A program made the translations under genes and the position numbers. The notes beneath the pieces are model-generated. The model saw nothing but the letters and a program-made list of their open reading frames with translations, was not told the origin of the DNA and made no database searches. This document shows, one piece after another, positions 39,684-48,103 of a stretch of DNA of 53,515 nt (position 1 is its first letter; the number at the start of each line of letters is the position of its first letter). Source of the stretch: a virus (taxonomy: Duplodnaviria; Caudoviricetes); the IMG/VR virus record IMGVR_UViG_3300029267_001921, positions 1 to 53,515 of that record. The stretch is one strand, 5' to 3'.

Positions 39684-39723
39684 TTGATTTCTACCCAGAC
39701 TCACATATAATAACGGTTATTAT
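39684..39723 (+). promoter_or_regulatory. Sigma70-type promoter with an overlapping palindromic operator
   Basis: TTGATT-16 nt-TATAAT. ATAATAAC-g-GTTATTAT (39707-39723) overlaps the -10 box and expected start site. Confidence 0.6.
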
Positions 39724-39785
39724 TACGCAGGATTTGAAGTAAAAAAACCATTATCCCGTAAAATCCAAGTGGAGGGATCTTAGGC

Positions 39786-42038
39786 ATGGAATTAATTGCA
39801 CGTGAACAATTATATGTTCACGCTGATAATTACGATATTTTAAAAGAACTCAAAAGTAATCTCACCTTTAACAACCCAGATTATGGCAAAAAGAAAGCGT
39901 TAGGATTTAGTGTATGGAATACCCCTACCCATATCACTCTTTATAAAAAACATGAAGGTGGTCTTATTATACCCAGAGGGACAGGGAAACTAGCCAGATC
40001 CTTAGCGGAGAAGTATAATGAACCATTTAAAATACTGGATCAGCGTACAGATGGTGAATTAATAGATGTGAGTTTAACTCCTGAAATCACCCCATTTTGG
40101 TATCAAAATTTGTCAGTTGAAAAAATGGTCAAATTTCAACAGGGTATGATTGAGGCTCCTTGTGCGTGTTTAGTTGGTGAAACAGTGATTAATTTTAATA
40201 GAGGAAAAAAGGGATTTAGTTGCACATTGGAAAAAGCATACAAGAGATTTAATAATCAAGACAACAATGCGTTCTATAATTGGGATAAAAATATACCAAC
40301 AATGGTTAGATCATTCAATGGGGAAAGAATAAGATTACATGAAATTGAAGATATAGTTTATAACGGCAAAACAGAAGTTTGGCAACTGATATTAGAAAAT
40401 GGTAATTCAATTACTGGCACACATGACCACAAAATAATGACTAAACAAGGTTGGGTTCCTTTAGATAAATGTTCTAATCAAGAAATTATGTGTGATGTTT
40501 TGAAACCGTGTAAAACACACACAGAAACAAAAAGAAGAGGAACACAAAGATTAACAGAATTGCATTATCATCCATATGCAAGAACTCAGAATTCACCAAA
40601 AAGTGTTAATGGTATTTCAAAAGTGATAGAAATACATAGAGGGATTTACGAAGCACATATTAATAAATTACCACTCAAAGATTTCCTAGATATCGTTAGA
40701 TTAGATAAGATCAAAGCAAGAAAATTGAAGTATATTGATCCATCAAAATATCATATTCACCATAAAGATGGGAATCACTTTAATAACAATATTGAAAATT
40801 TAGAATGTTTATTAATTACAGAACACAAACAAGCACATATAAATATCGATAATTTCCATCAAGGGATACCCATATATTCGAGATGTGTTGATATTCGATA
40901 TATTGGTTTAAGAAAAGTTTATGACATACTGTGTAAAGATCCTTATCATAATTTCGTGGCAAACGGAATAGTGGTTCATAATAGCGGAAAAACCATAATG
41001 GGTTTGACCTTTATTTCCCATATTAAAAAGAGAGCTCTAATTGTGGTCCACACAAAGGACTTATTTAAGCAATGGGAAAAGGAAATATCGGACAAATTGG
41101 ATGGAAACTTTAAAAAAGGTGTAGTTGGTGCTGGGCGTCATAAACATGGGGATGTAACAATTGCCATGATCCAAACACTTGTAAAAAGTACACCCAAGCA
41201 ATGGAAGGATATTCAGGGGCGTTATACCATCTCTATTTGGGATGAGAGCCACCACGCAGGGGCTGACACCTATGTGAAGTGTATTAGTCGAATGCAGGGT
41301 CGTTATATCATTGGTTTGACCGCTACACCAAAGAGAAGGGATAAGAAGGATTTTTTGGTTAAAAATTATCTTGGTGACGTGGTGCATAAAGTCACTTATG
41401 ATGATTTGGAGCAGAGCGGCAGAACGGTAGGGTGCAAGGTAAAAATTATGAATACAGGCTGCACGTTTGATATAACGGATATTTTGGATAACCATAGTGA
41501 GATTTCCTCAACATTATCAAGAAACATAAAGAGAAATGATTTTATTGTAGACTGCATCATGGAGGATTTAAAAGAAGGAAGGATCCCAATGATATTAACA
41601 GAGAGGAAATATCATGTCTACATATTAGTATCAAAACTAAAAGAAATGGGAGTCAAAGTAGGCGAAATCACAGGTGAAATACCAGATTTCAAAAGGGTTA
41701 AAATAAAGGAACAAATAAAAAAGGGTGAATTGGAGGTCTTGGTTGCCAATAAACAAATCGCTGCGGAAGGATTGGATATTCCCAACATTGATAGCGTGCA
41801 TATAGCGTTTTGGACAACCAATAAAGGTCTTATAAAACAAATGGTTGGAAGAGGTAGGCGAGTCCATAAAGGTAAGGAATATTGCAAGGTTTGGTTTTAT
41901 AAAGACGACTTTCAACACTTGGTTTTCGATAATAAGAGATTCACAGAGGAATTAATGGAAGTGAACAGATACAAATACGGTATTTTGAACATAAAAAAAT
42001 GGTTCTATGGGCAAGGTTTTGAGGTGAAAATATGTTAG
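39786..42038 (+). CDS. Superfamily 2 DEAD/DEAH-type helicase containing an intein
   Basis: Spliced Walker A APCA-SGKT, DESHH, GLTATPKRRD, EGLDIP and QMVGRGRR motifs. Confidence 0.93.
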   Translation: MELIAREQLYVHADNYDILKELKSNLTFNNPDYGKKKALGFSVWNTPTHITLYKKHEGGLIIPRGTGKLARSLAEKYNEPFKILDQRTDGELIDVSLTPEITPFWYQNLSVEKMVKFQQGMIEAPCACLVGETVINFNRGKKGFSCTLEKAYKRFNNQDNNAFYNWDKNIPTMVRSFNGERIRLHEIEDIVYNGKTEVWQLILENGNSITGTHDHKIMTKQGWVPLDKCSNQEIMCDVLKPCKTHTETKRRGTQRLTELHYHPYARTQNSPKSVNGISKVIEIHRGIYEAHINKLPLKDFLDIVRLDKIKARKLKYIDPSKYHIHHKDGNHFNNNIENLECLLITEHKQAHINIDNFHQGIPIYSRCVDIRYIGLRKVYDILCKDPYHNFVANGIVVHNSGKTIMGLTFISHIKKRALIVVHTKDLFKQWEKEISDKLDGNFKKGVVGAGRHKHGDVTIAMIQTLVKSTPKQWKDIQGRYTISIWDESHHAGADTYVKCISRMQGRYIIGLTATPKRRDKKDFLVKNYLGDVVHKVTYDDLEQSGRTVGCKVKIMNTGCTFDITDILDNHSEISSTLSRNIKRNDFIVDCIMEDLKEGRIPMILTERKYHVYILVSKLKEMGVKVGEITGEIPDFKRVKIKEQIKKGELEVLVANKQIAAEGLDIPNIDSVHIAFWTTNKGLIKQMVGRGRRVHKGKEYCKVWFYKDDFQHLVFDNKRFTEELMEVNRYKYGILNIKKWFYGQGFEVKIC
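40167..40982 (+). mobile_element. Intein (272 aa) with an HNH homing endonuclease
   Basis: C1 CLVGET, block B GTHDHKIMT, block F/G VYDILCKDPYHNFVANGIVVHN followed by Ser+1. Internal HPYA...HRGIYE...HHKDGNHFNNNIENL HNH motif. Confidence 0.95.
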
Positions 42039-42123
42039 GAAAAATAGAGGTCAAAAAAGGTCTACACCGAGTATTCAATCCCTCTTTTAAAATCAAATTT
42101 TCTCATCATGATTTATTTTTCTC

Positions 42124-42175
42124 TATACTAAGATTTATATACTACTACGTAGTAGTAGTTATAAATATTAGTATA
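42124..42175. repeat. 52-bp imperfect AT-rich palindrome (candidate replication origin element)
   Basis: TATACTAAgATTTATA-TACTACTACGTAGTAGTA-gt-TATAAATaTTAGTATA, with a perfect 18-bp core at 42140-42157. Confidence 0.8.
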
Positions 42176-42312
42176 AATATATATATAAAAAAATATACCC
42201 ATATATTGATAGGAAAATTTGATTTTAAAAAAAAAGAAGGATGGATTGCTCGGCTACCTAGGTACCCAGTAACTGGGTGGGTCTCTTGAAAAAAAACAAA
42301 ACCTAAGGAGGA

Positions 42313-42732
42313 ATGATGGATAAAGTAGACACAAGAAAGGAGAATAAAGAGGTGAATGAGAAACTCCTTAGTGGCATTATGAAGAGGACCAAAATTAAGG
42401 AGGGAGAGTTAAAGGAACTCCTGTTGGTTTTGAAACTGAGAATTGACACCAAAAAGGCCACTCGTTTCTTAGTACGGATCAGACAACATAGTGGAGATGT
42501 GTTGCGTGATGCGTTATTTCAGTATAAGAGTTATCGGAAACATATTCCACCGAATTGTAATGGGAGGATAAAACAATTCTTCCGTTTTCTTTTAAACTCA
42601 AGTAAAACCGTTGATAGTTATGGTGATATTAATTTTAAGAAAAAAGAATTGAATGATGAGTTAAATGAGGATTTAATAAACGCCATTGATGGAGAGGATT
42701 CAATGGATTTAGAAGGTGTGATAAATGAATGA
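42313..42732 (+). CDS. Hypothetical basic helical protein (possible replication initiator)
   Basis: 139 aa, RBS AAGGAGG, directly upstream of the DnaC-like and DnaB genes. Confidence 0.45.
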   Translation: MMDKVDTRKENKEVNEKLLSGIMKRTKIKEGELKELLLVLKLRIDTKKATRFLVRIRQHSGDVLRDALFQYKSYRKHIPPNCNGRIKQFFRFLLNSSKTVDSYGDINFKKKELNDELNEDLINAIDGEDSMDLEGVINE

Positions 42733-43495
42733 TTTAAGGGATATTATACCAATTGGTCATTGTTCTATGTGTAATGACACAAGGAAGAAAATAGTTCGTG
42801 ATGATATGATGGGTGAATATAAAAGAGATTGTGATTGTGTGATGAATTATAGAAAGGGTTTGAAATTAATAAAGGAAAGTAAAATTCCTGATAATTATAT
42901 CCATTTCACTTGGAATGATTACTACCCAAAGGTTGGAAAAGAGAAGGAAAAGGAAAATAAAAAGGCAGTTAAAGAATTAAATGATTGGATAAACGATCAG
43001 GAATATATGAGAAAGAATAATGGAGATTTATTAATTATAGGTGGGAAGGCAAGCGGAAAGACGCTCCTAGCCTGTATTGTGCTGAAAGAAATAATGGAAA
43101 AATACGCCTATAGTGGTCTTTATGTGACAGCGGAGGAATTGATTTTAAATACAGTTGCACAACAATCATTTAATCCAAATGAGGAAGTGGAAGATCTTTT
43201 TAGAAATATGACCAGATGTGATTATTTAATTATTGATGGATTTCATTTACTGAATGAGCAGGATATTTCAAAAATGTCTTTGTTTAGGATTCGGAATATG
43301 CTAAAGAGAAGAAAACATTATCGGAGGTGTTGTATTTTAACCTCAAATATTCCATTTAAGGATTTAAGTAAGAGTAGTACATTTGTTTCCGAAATGGTCT
43401 ATAGTCTTACAAAAGTACGTCTTTATGGGGACTATAGTTTAGATAGCTGGAAGAAATTTAAAGAAGGTAAGAATGGGGTTTCAAAGAAAAAATAA
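42725..43495 (+). CDS. DnaC/IstB-like AAA+ helicase loader
   Basis: N-terminal CSMC...CDC Zn motif, SKIPDNY, Walker A GGKASGKT, Walker B YLIIDG and ILTSN. Confidence 0.85.
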   Translation: MNDLRDIIPIGHCSMCNDTRKKIVRDDMMGEYKRDCDCVMNYRKGLKLIKESKIPDNYIHFTWNDYYPKVGKEKEKENKKAVKELNDWINDQEYMRKNNGDLLIIGGKASGKTLLACIVLKEIMEKYAYSGLYVTAEELILNTVAQQSFNPNEEVEDLFRNMTRCDYLIIDGFHLLNEQDISKMSLFRIRNMLKRRKHYRRCCILTSNIPFKDLSKSSTFVSEMVYSLTKVRLYGDYSLDSWKKFKEGKNGVSKKK

Positions 43496-44858
43496 GGATG
43501 AGTTTAAAGTAAAAAGAATCATCCCACATGATGCAAATAATGAGCAGTTATTGTTGGGTAGTGCTTTAAACAACCATGAGATCAGAGAAATCCTAATTCA
43601 TGAAACCATAGCAAGTGATTTCCTACACGTTAACCACCAAGCCATATTTGAGTGCATAAACTACCTACACAATGAGAATCTTGAAATCAATATTGATAGC
43701 ATAGATGCCGTTAAAGAGCGGTTTGAGCATGGAATGAAAATCAAGATTGAGTATTTAGGAAAGGTGAAAAACACATTTAATGGAGAGGTGAGTGAGGAAA
43801 ATTATAAATTTCATATTAGGAAATTAAAGGCAGATAAGGTTAAAGACATGCTACAAGTGCAGATGTTGCCGGAATTTGCAAAGTCTTTAATCAACCCGAA
43901 AGTCACAATTGAGAATTTATTAGAGGAAATTAGTGTAATTAAAAACCATATTGAGGAAAGAGCGACCGATACAGCATTTAAGTTTATTCACTCAAACATA
44001 GTGGATGACAAGCATAACGTGGTGTTAAAGGCAAGAGAGGAAAAATTAATATTTGGAACAACAGGGTACAAGAAACTTGACAATATCATGACGGATGGAT
44101 TAAGTGCAAAGAAAATAACCATAATTGCAGGTAGACCGGGGATGGCAAAATCAGCATTAATAGCAAACATATTCCTTAGGTTAGGCATGTTAGGGGTTCC
44201 AGTAGCACTATATAATTTTGAAATGGATGATATAAGTATGTTTGACCGCATGGTTTCAATTAGAACACGTATTCCACTGGAGATGATAATTAAAGATAGA
44301 GAGAAAATGACAGATGAGGATAGAAAGGCAGAAAAGGCAGCAAAGGAATTGATTAGGAATTTACCAATTTATTTCTATACAGCCAGTACGCAAACAATCC
44401 AAGGTGTAAAGAGGGATCTAAAAATTTTAAAGGATAAATATGCAGTGGAAGTTGTTGGTTATGACCTATTTAAGAAAATGAAGATGCAAAGTCGCTATAA
44501 TAGCAGTACGGCAGATATGTTAAGTGAAAATTTAGACACAATGCAGGCAATGGGAAAGGATTTAGATATTCATCAAATTTTAGTTGTGCAGATTGGAAGG
44601 GCTGCGGAGAGATCAAAGGATAAACGACCACGCCTTTCTCAACTAAAAGATAGTGGTGGGTTTGAGGAGGTTGCGGATAATGTGCTTCTTCTCTACAGGG
44701 AACAATACTACCAAAAGGCAGAGGAGGATGAACCGGAATCATATGACGCATTTGAGGAGTTGGAGGTTATTGTTGCCAAACAGAGGCAGGGAAGGGCAAA
44801 TCAAAAGGTTACATTTACCTTTTATCCTGCAAACACCTCAATAACAGATGAGGTTTAG
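43473..44858 (+). CDS. dnaB: Replicative DNA helicase DnaB
   Basis: PHDANNEQLLLG N-domain, TGYKKLD, IIAGRPGMAKS, FEM, RPRLSQLKDSG and IVAKQRQG motifs. Confidence 0.93.
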   Translation: MGFQRKNKDEFKVKRIIPHDANNEQLLLGSALNNHEIREILIHETIASDFLHVNHQAIFECINYLHNENLEINIDSIDAVKERFEHGMKIKIEYLGKVKNTFNGEVSEENYKFHIRKLKADKVKDMLQVQMLPEFAKSLINPKVTIENLLEEISVIKNHIEERATDTAFKFIHSNIVDDKHNVVLKAREEKLIFGTTGYKKLDNIMTDGLSAKKITIIAGRPGMAKSALIANIFLRLGMLGVPVALYNFEMDDISMFDRMVSIRTRIPLEMIIKDREKMTDEDRKAEKAAKELIRNLPIYFYTASTQTIQGVKRDLKILKDKYAVEVVGYDLFKKMKMQSRYNSSTADMLSENLDTMQAMGKDLDIHQILVVQIGRAAERSKDKRPRLSQLKDSGGFEEVADNVLLLYREQYYQKAEEDEPESYDAFEELEVIVAKQRQGRANQKVTFTFYPANTSITDEV

Positions 44859-44867
44859 TGAATAAAA

Positions 44868-45827
44868 ATGGAATTTAGGAGGGAACTTATGGATTCAACA
44901 GGATGGTATATAGATAGCACAGGCACTTCCTCCACTGAGTTAACAACGGCTGGCACAATTTCGGTTTCAACCACACCAAATATAGTTGTTGCCAGTGATG
45001 ATTTCACAACGAGGGGTGGGCTGAAGGGAAAACTCCAATATAAACAAAATAATGGAGCAAAACGTTTACCCATTAGTCCAAAGGTGTATTTTAATTTTGT
45101 GAAGATGAAATTAAATAAGTTGGAGATGACAAGGTTAAAGGAACGGCTTGGAAAACTCCAAAAATTAGTACAGGAATCAAAAGAGTTAGGGCAGCACACA
45201 CTCCATGAACACACAGCCCTAATGTTAGCGGTTGTGGCAAGGGAGAGTGAAGCATACGCATGTGGATTCAAATATTGGGTGAAAAAGAATGTTATAACCA
45301 AATATATCAGCAACGTGAAGGATAAGGTTATAAAATTTGATAAATTTGAGGAGTTTCCAAGAACCGTACCAGTGGGTGTGAGAAATAAGATTAGAGCGGT
45401 TAAAAAGAAGGAATTGTTTGATGAATTGTGGGTTTTGTATACAGACTACACAGGGGAGAAATTAAAGAGTAATAAACAAAAGATTAAGGAAAAGGATCCT
45501 ATTTTGTTTGGAAAGTATGCCTATCAAAATGATAGGTTTTATTTTATCGCAGATTGGGAGGATGAGTATTGTGATTTAACCTTAGATGAAATGGTTAAAG
45601 TGGTAGAAAGGGAAAGTAATTTAACCGCTGTGAATGAAGTGCCAGAGGTTGATGAGGATTTAATAAAAGAGATTAGAAGACAGGTTATGAGGAGACACAA
45701 ACGACTTGAGGGCACAAATCAGGAAAATTATAAGGAGTTAATGAAGGAGGAAGATGAAGAAAAGAAAGTTGAACCTGTTGTTGTACAACCAAAAAAGAAG
45801 GGATTTTGGAAACGGTTATGGTCATGA
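44868..45827 (+). CDS. Conserved-looking hypothetical phage protein
   Basis: 319 aa with a KDPILFG...RFYFIADWEDEYCDLTLDE block; no function recognised. Confidence 0.65.
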   Translation: MEFRRELMDSTGWYIDSTGTSSTELTTAGTISVSTTPNIVVASDDFTTRGGLKGKLQYKQNNGAKRLPISPKVYFNFVKMKLNKLEMTRLKERLGKLQKLVQESKELGQHTLHEHTALMLAVVARESEAYACGFKYWVKKNVITKYISNVKDKVIKFDKFEEFPRTVPVGVRNKIRAVKKKELFDELWVLYTDYTGEKLKSNKQKIKEKDPILFGKYAYQNDRFYFIADWEDEYCDLTLDEMVKVVERESNLTAVNEVPEVDEDLIKEIRRQVMRRHKRLEGTNQENYKELMKEEDEEKKVEPVVVQPKKKGFWKRLWS

Positions 45828-46060
45828 AAGATTTGAATAAAGTATTGAATAAAAAGAACATTACAAATGAGAGAAGGTGGCCTGTTTGTGCTGTATGTGG
45901 AGAACCAATATCCAAAATGGAAACCAGTTATGTGGATGCAGAAAAGAAAGTGATTATAAAAATGTGGTGTCATGGTGATGTGGAAATTGTGGAGAATACG
46001 GATATGAAAATGAATGGAATTGATGATTGTATACCAGAGAAGGCATTTGAGAAGAAATGA
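45806..46060 (+). CDS. Small Cys/His protein (start possibly at 45824)
   Basis: CAVC...WCHG putative metal ligands. Confidence 0.5.
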   Translation: METVMVMKDLNKVLNKKNITNERRWPVCAVCGEPISKMETSYVDAEKKVIIKMWCHGDVEIVENTDMKMNGIDDCIPEKAFEKK

Positions 46061-46422
46061 ATTGTGATATACATAAAGGATTACGATTGCAATGTAGATA
46101 TTTTATTAATGAGAGTGATGGTTTTTGTAAGCGACCAAATTACTTTCTTTGTGAGGGCAGAAAGAGTATGGGAAGATTTGTGGTTAAACCAAAGGATGAC
46201 AAAATACCAATAGTTGATAAAATACCAACAATTGATTTAAGTGCAAGTGCGGATGATAAGTTGAAGTATTTGTTGGTTAATATTAACTTATTTAAGGATC
46301 AAAAAATGGTTGATGCGATATGTGGTATTGATAATTTTCATAAACGTGCTAAACGTCTTACAGAGGATCAGGGAAGGTATATTGATTATTTGGTTAGGCA
46401 AGCATTGGAGTTAAGAGGATGA
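46057..46422 (+). CDS. Hypothetical protein with a Cys-rich N-terminus
   Basis: 121 aa, ATGA-coupled at both ends. Confidence 0.55.
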   Translation: MNCDIHKGLRLQCRYFINESDGFCKRPNYFLCEGRKSMGRFVVKPKDDKIPIVDKIPTIDLSASADDKLKYLLVNINLFKDQKMVDAICGIDNFHKRAKRLTEDQGRYIDYLVRQALELRG

Positions 46423-47420
46423 TTGATTTAGAGCAAATTGCCCTACATATAGACTGTGAGCGGCTATTGGTTGATGGGTTAGGAATGAAATATATACGGA
46501 AGATAGGCAAGGAATATAGGATTGAATGCCCCAATCCATTGCATGTCGATAAACACCCTAGTTGCTCACTTAGTACAGAGAAATTAATTTATCATTGTTT
46601 TGGTTGTGATGCAAAAGGCACTATTATTGATTTAATCTCAATCTTAAAGGATATGAAACGTGATCGGGCTGAGGATTATTTATTAGAATTCGCTGGACTT
46701 GGAAATGATAATATGGTTGCGGAAATTGTTCATAACCGAGAGTATGAGAGGAAAATAAATAATTATAAATTGAGTTATAATTATAGTCTGGATTGGAGTA
46801 ATGCGGACAAATGTATTATGGAGTTTGTCACAAGGAGAAAATTTGATTTACAATTATTTAAAAAATATTATATTGGCTACAATAATTCTTTACGTAGTAT
46901 TACGATTCCTATTATTCATGGCAAAAGTATTGTGAATATTGGTGAACGGTTTATTTTTCCAATAGATCCCTCTATAAAGATTATGTATAAAAAGGGTAGT
47001 TCATTGGATGACTGTATTTGGGGACTAATGGACGATTATTCAAAAGATGAACCATATTTCACAGAAGGTGTTTTTGATGCCATACGGATGAGGCAAGCAG
47101 GATACAATGCGTTCGCTGTCCTTAATAACCAATTATCGGAAAAAAAGATCAGTTTAATTTTAGAATGGTTTGGTTTGGATTTGATACGTATTGTTCCAGA
47201 TAATGATAATGGTGGAAAGATGATGATTGATAATTGGAAAAAGATGTTGAATTACACAGATGTGAATGTTGTAGAGGTGAAAGAATATAAAGATGTGGAT
47301 GAAATGCCGTTAAATGAAATCCCTCAAATGGTTGATAAACAAAGGGATTTGAAGGATATTGTTTGCCCGAATCCTGAAAAAGAAGAATTTGTTTGTGTTA
47401 ATTTGAATGAGTTGAGGTAA
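46419..47420 (+). CDS. dnaG: DNA primase (CHC2 Zn finger plus TOPRIM)
   Basis: CPNPLHVDKHPS...HCFGC zinc finger; TEGVFDAI, PDNDNGG and KDVDE TOPRIM motifs. Confidence 0.92.
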   Translation: MIDLEQIALHIDCERLLVDGLGMKYIRKIGKEYRIECPNPLHVDKHPSCSLSTEKLIYHCFGCDAKGTIIDLISILKDMKRDRAEDYLLEFAGLGNDNMVAEIVHNREYERKINNYKLSYNYSLDWSNADKCIMEFVTRRKFDLQLFKKYYIGYNNSLRSITIPIIHGKSIVNIGERFIFPIDPSIKIMYKKGSSLDDCIWGLMDDYSKDEPYFTEGVFDAIRMRQAGYNAFAVLNNQLSEKKISLILEWFGLDLIRIVPDNDNGGKMMIDNWKKMLNYTDVNVVEVKEYKDVDEMPLNEIPQMVDKQRDLKDIVCPNPEKEEFVCVNLNELR

Positions 47421-47421
47421 A

Positions 47422-47997
47422 ATGTATCTTTGTCCAAAATGTGATAAAGGATTATCCAAAGAAGAATTAAATGAAGGGCAATGCAATAACTGTAGGTTAG
47501 AATTTACGGTTAAAAATAAGACAGATTTATCCTTATTAAATGACAATGTGCTGATAGAGAAATTTAGTGAGGAAGTTAGACGGGATAAACGGAGAAAAAT
47601 CAGTACCAATTTTTATGAAACGGCGATCAATATTCTGAAAGCGTATTTAACCAATGTAATATGTATAAGGAGGAAGGACTATTGTTCTTTTTTCTTAACT
47701 AGAAATGTTGAAATGGTATGCTTTCTTTTTAAAGTGCATCGTGTTCGTTCATATGTTTGTGTTTATTTTGATTTGAATTTAACCAAATATAAGAAAATTA
47801 GCAAGTGCCCAGATTATAAGACAAGGACAGGAAGATTTGGGCCAATGAAGTCGGTTTTAAGGACCAAAGATTTAGAATATATGATGTCCGTGTGTTTATC
47901 CGTATATGATAGGAAAACAAGGCAATATAATGAGGTCTTAAAAGGGGGAACACAGAATGTAAAGACATATCGAGTTGAGGGGTATATGGGCAAATAA
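47422..47997 (+). CDS. Hypothetical protein with an N-terminal Zn ribbon
   Basis: CPKC...CNNC, basic composition. Confidence 0.55.
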   Translation: MYLCPKCDKGLSKEELNEGQCNNCRLEFTVKNKTDLSLLNDNVLIEKFSEEVRRDKRRKISTNFYETAINILKAYLTNVICIRRKDYCSFFLTRNVEMVCFLFKVHRVRSYVCVYFDLNLTKYKKISKCPDYKTRTGRFGPMKSVLRTKDLEYMMSVCLSVYDRKTRQYNEVLKGGTQNVKTYRVEGYMGK

Positions 47998-48014
47998 AAA
48001 AGTTGAAAAATAAC

Positions 48015-48042
48015 TTGATTTTTTGTTAGGTTATTATAGAAT
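48015..48042 (+). promoter_or_regulatory. Sigma70-like promoter upstream of the polymerase
   Basis: TTGATT-16 nt-TAGAAT, with the same CTTGATTT -35 context and spacing as at 39684. Confidence 0.5.
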
Positions 48043-48103
48043 CAATGGAAGTTAAGGTATAAGTAATTGTAATTAGTAGCATTTTAAAGGGAATTGGAAG
48101 TTT

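Noticed and set aside
39433-39785. tRNA or known riboswitch in the larger spacers
   Set aside because: No cloverleaf with T-loop/D-loop consensus or recognisable aptamer core was found by eye. A covariance-model search would be needed to exclude this fully.
42032-42289. 85-aa ORF as a real protein
   Set aside because: Its low-complexity translation (YYYVVVVINISINIYI) derives from the palindrome and AT tract, so it is more likely non-coding.
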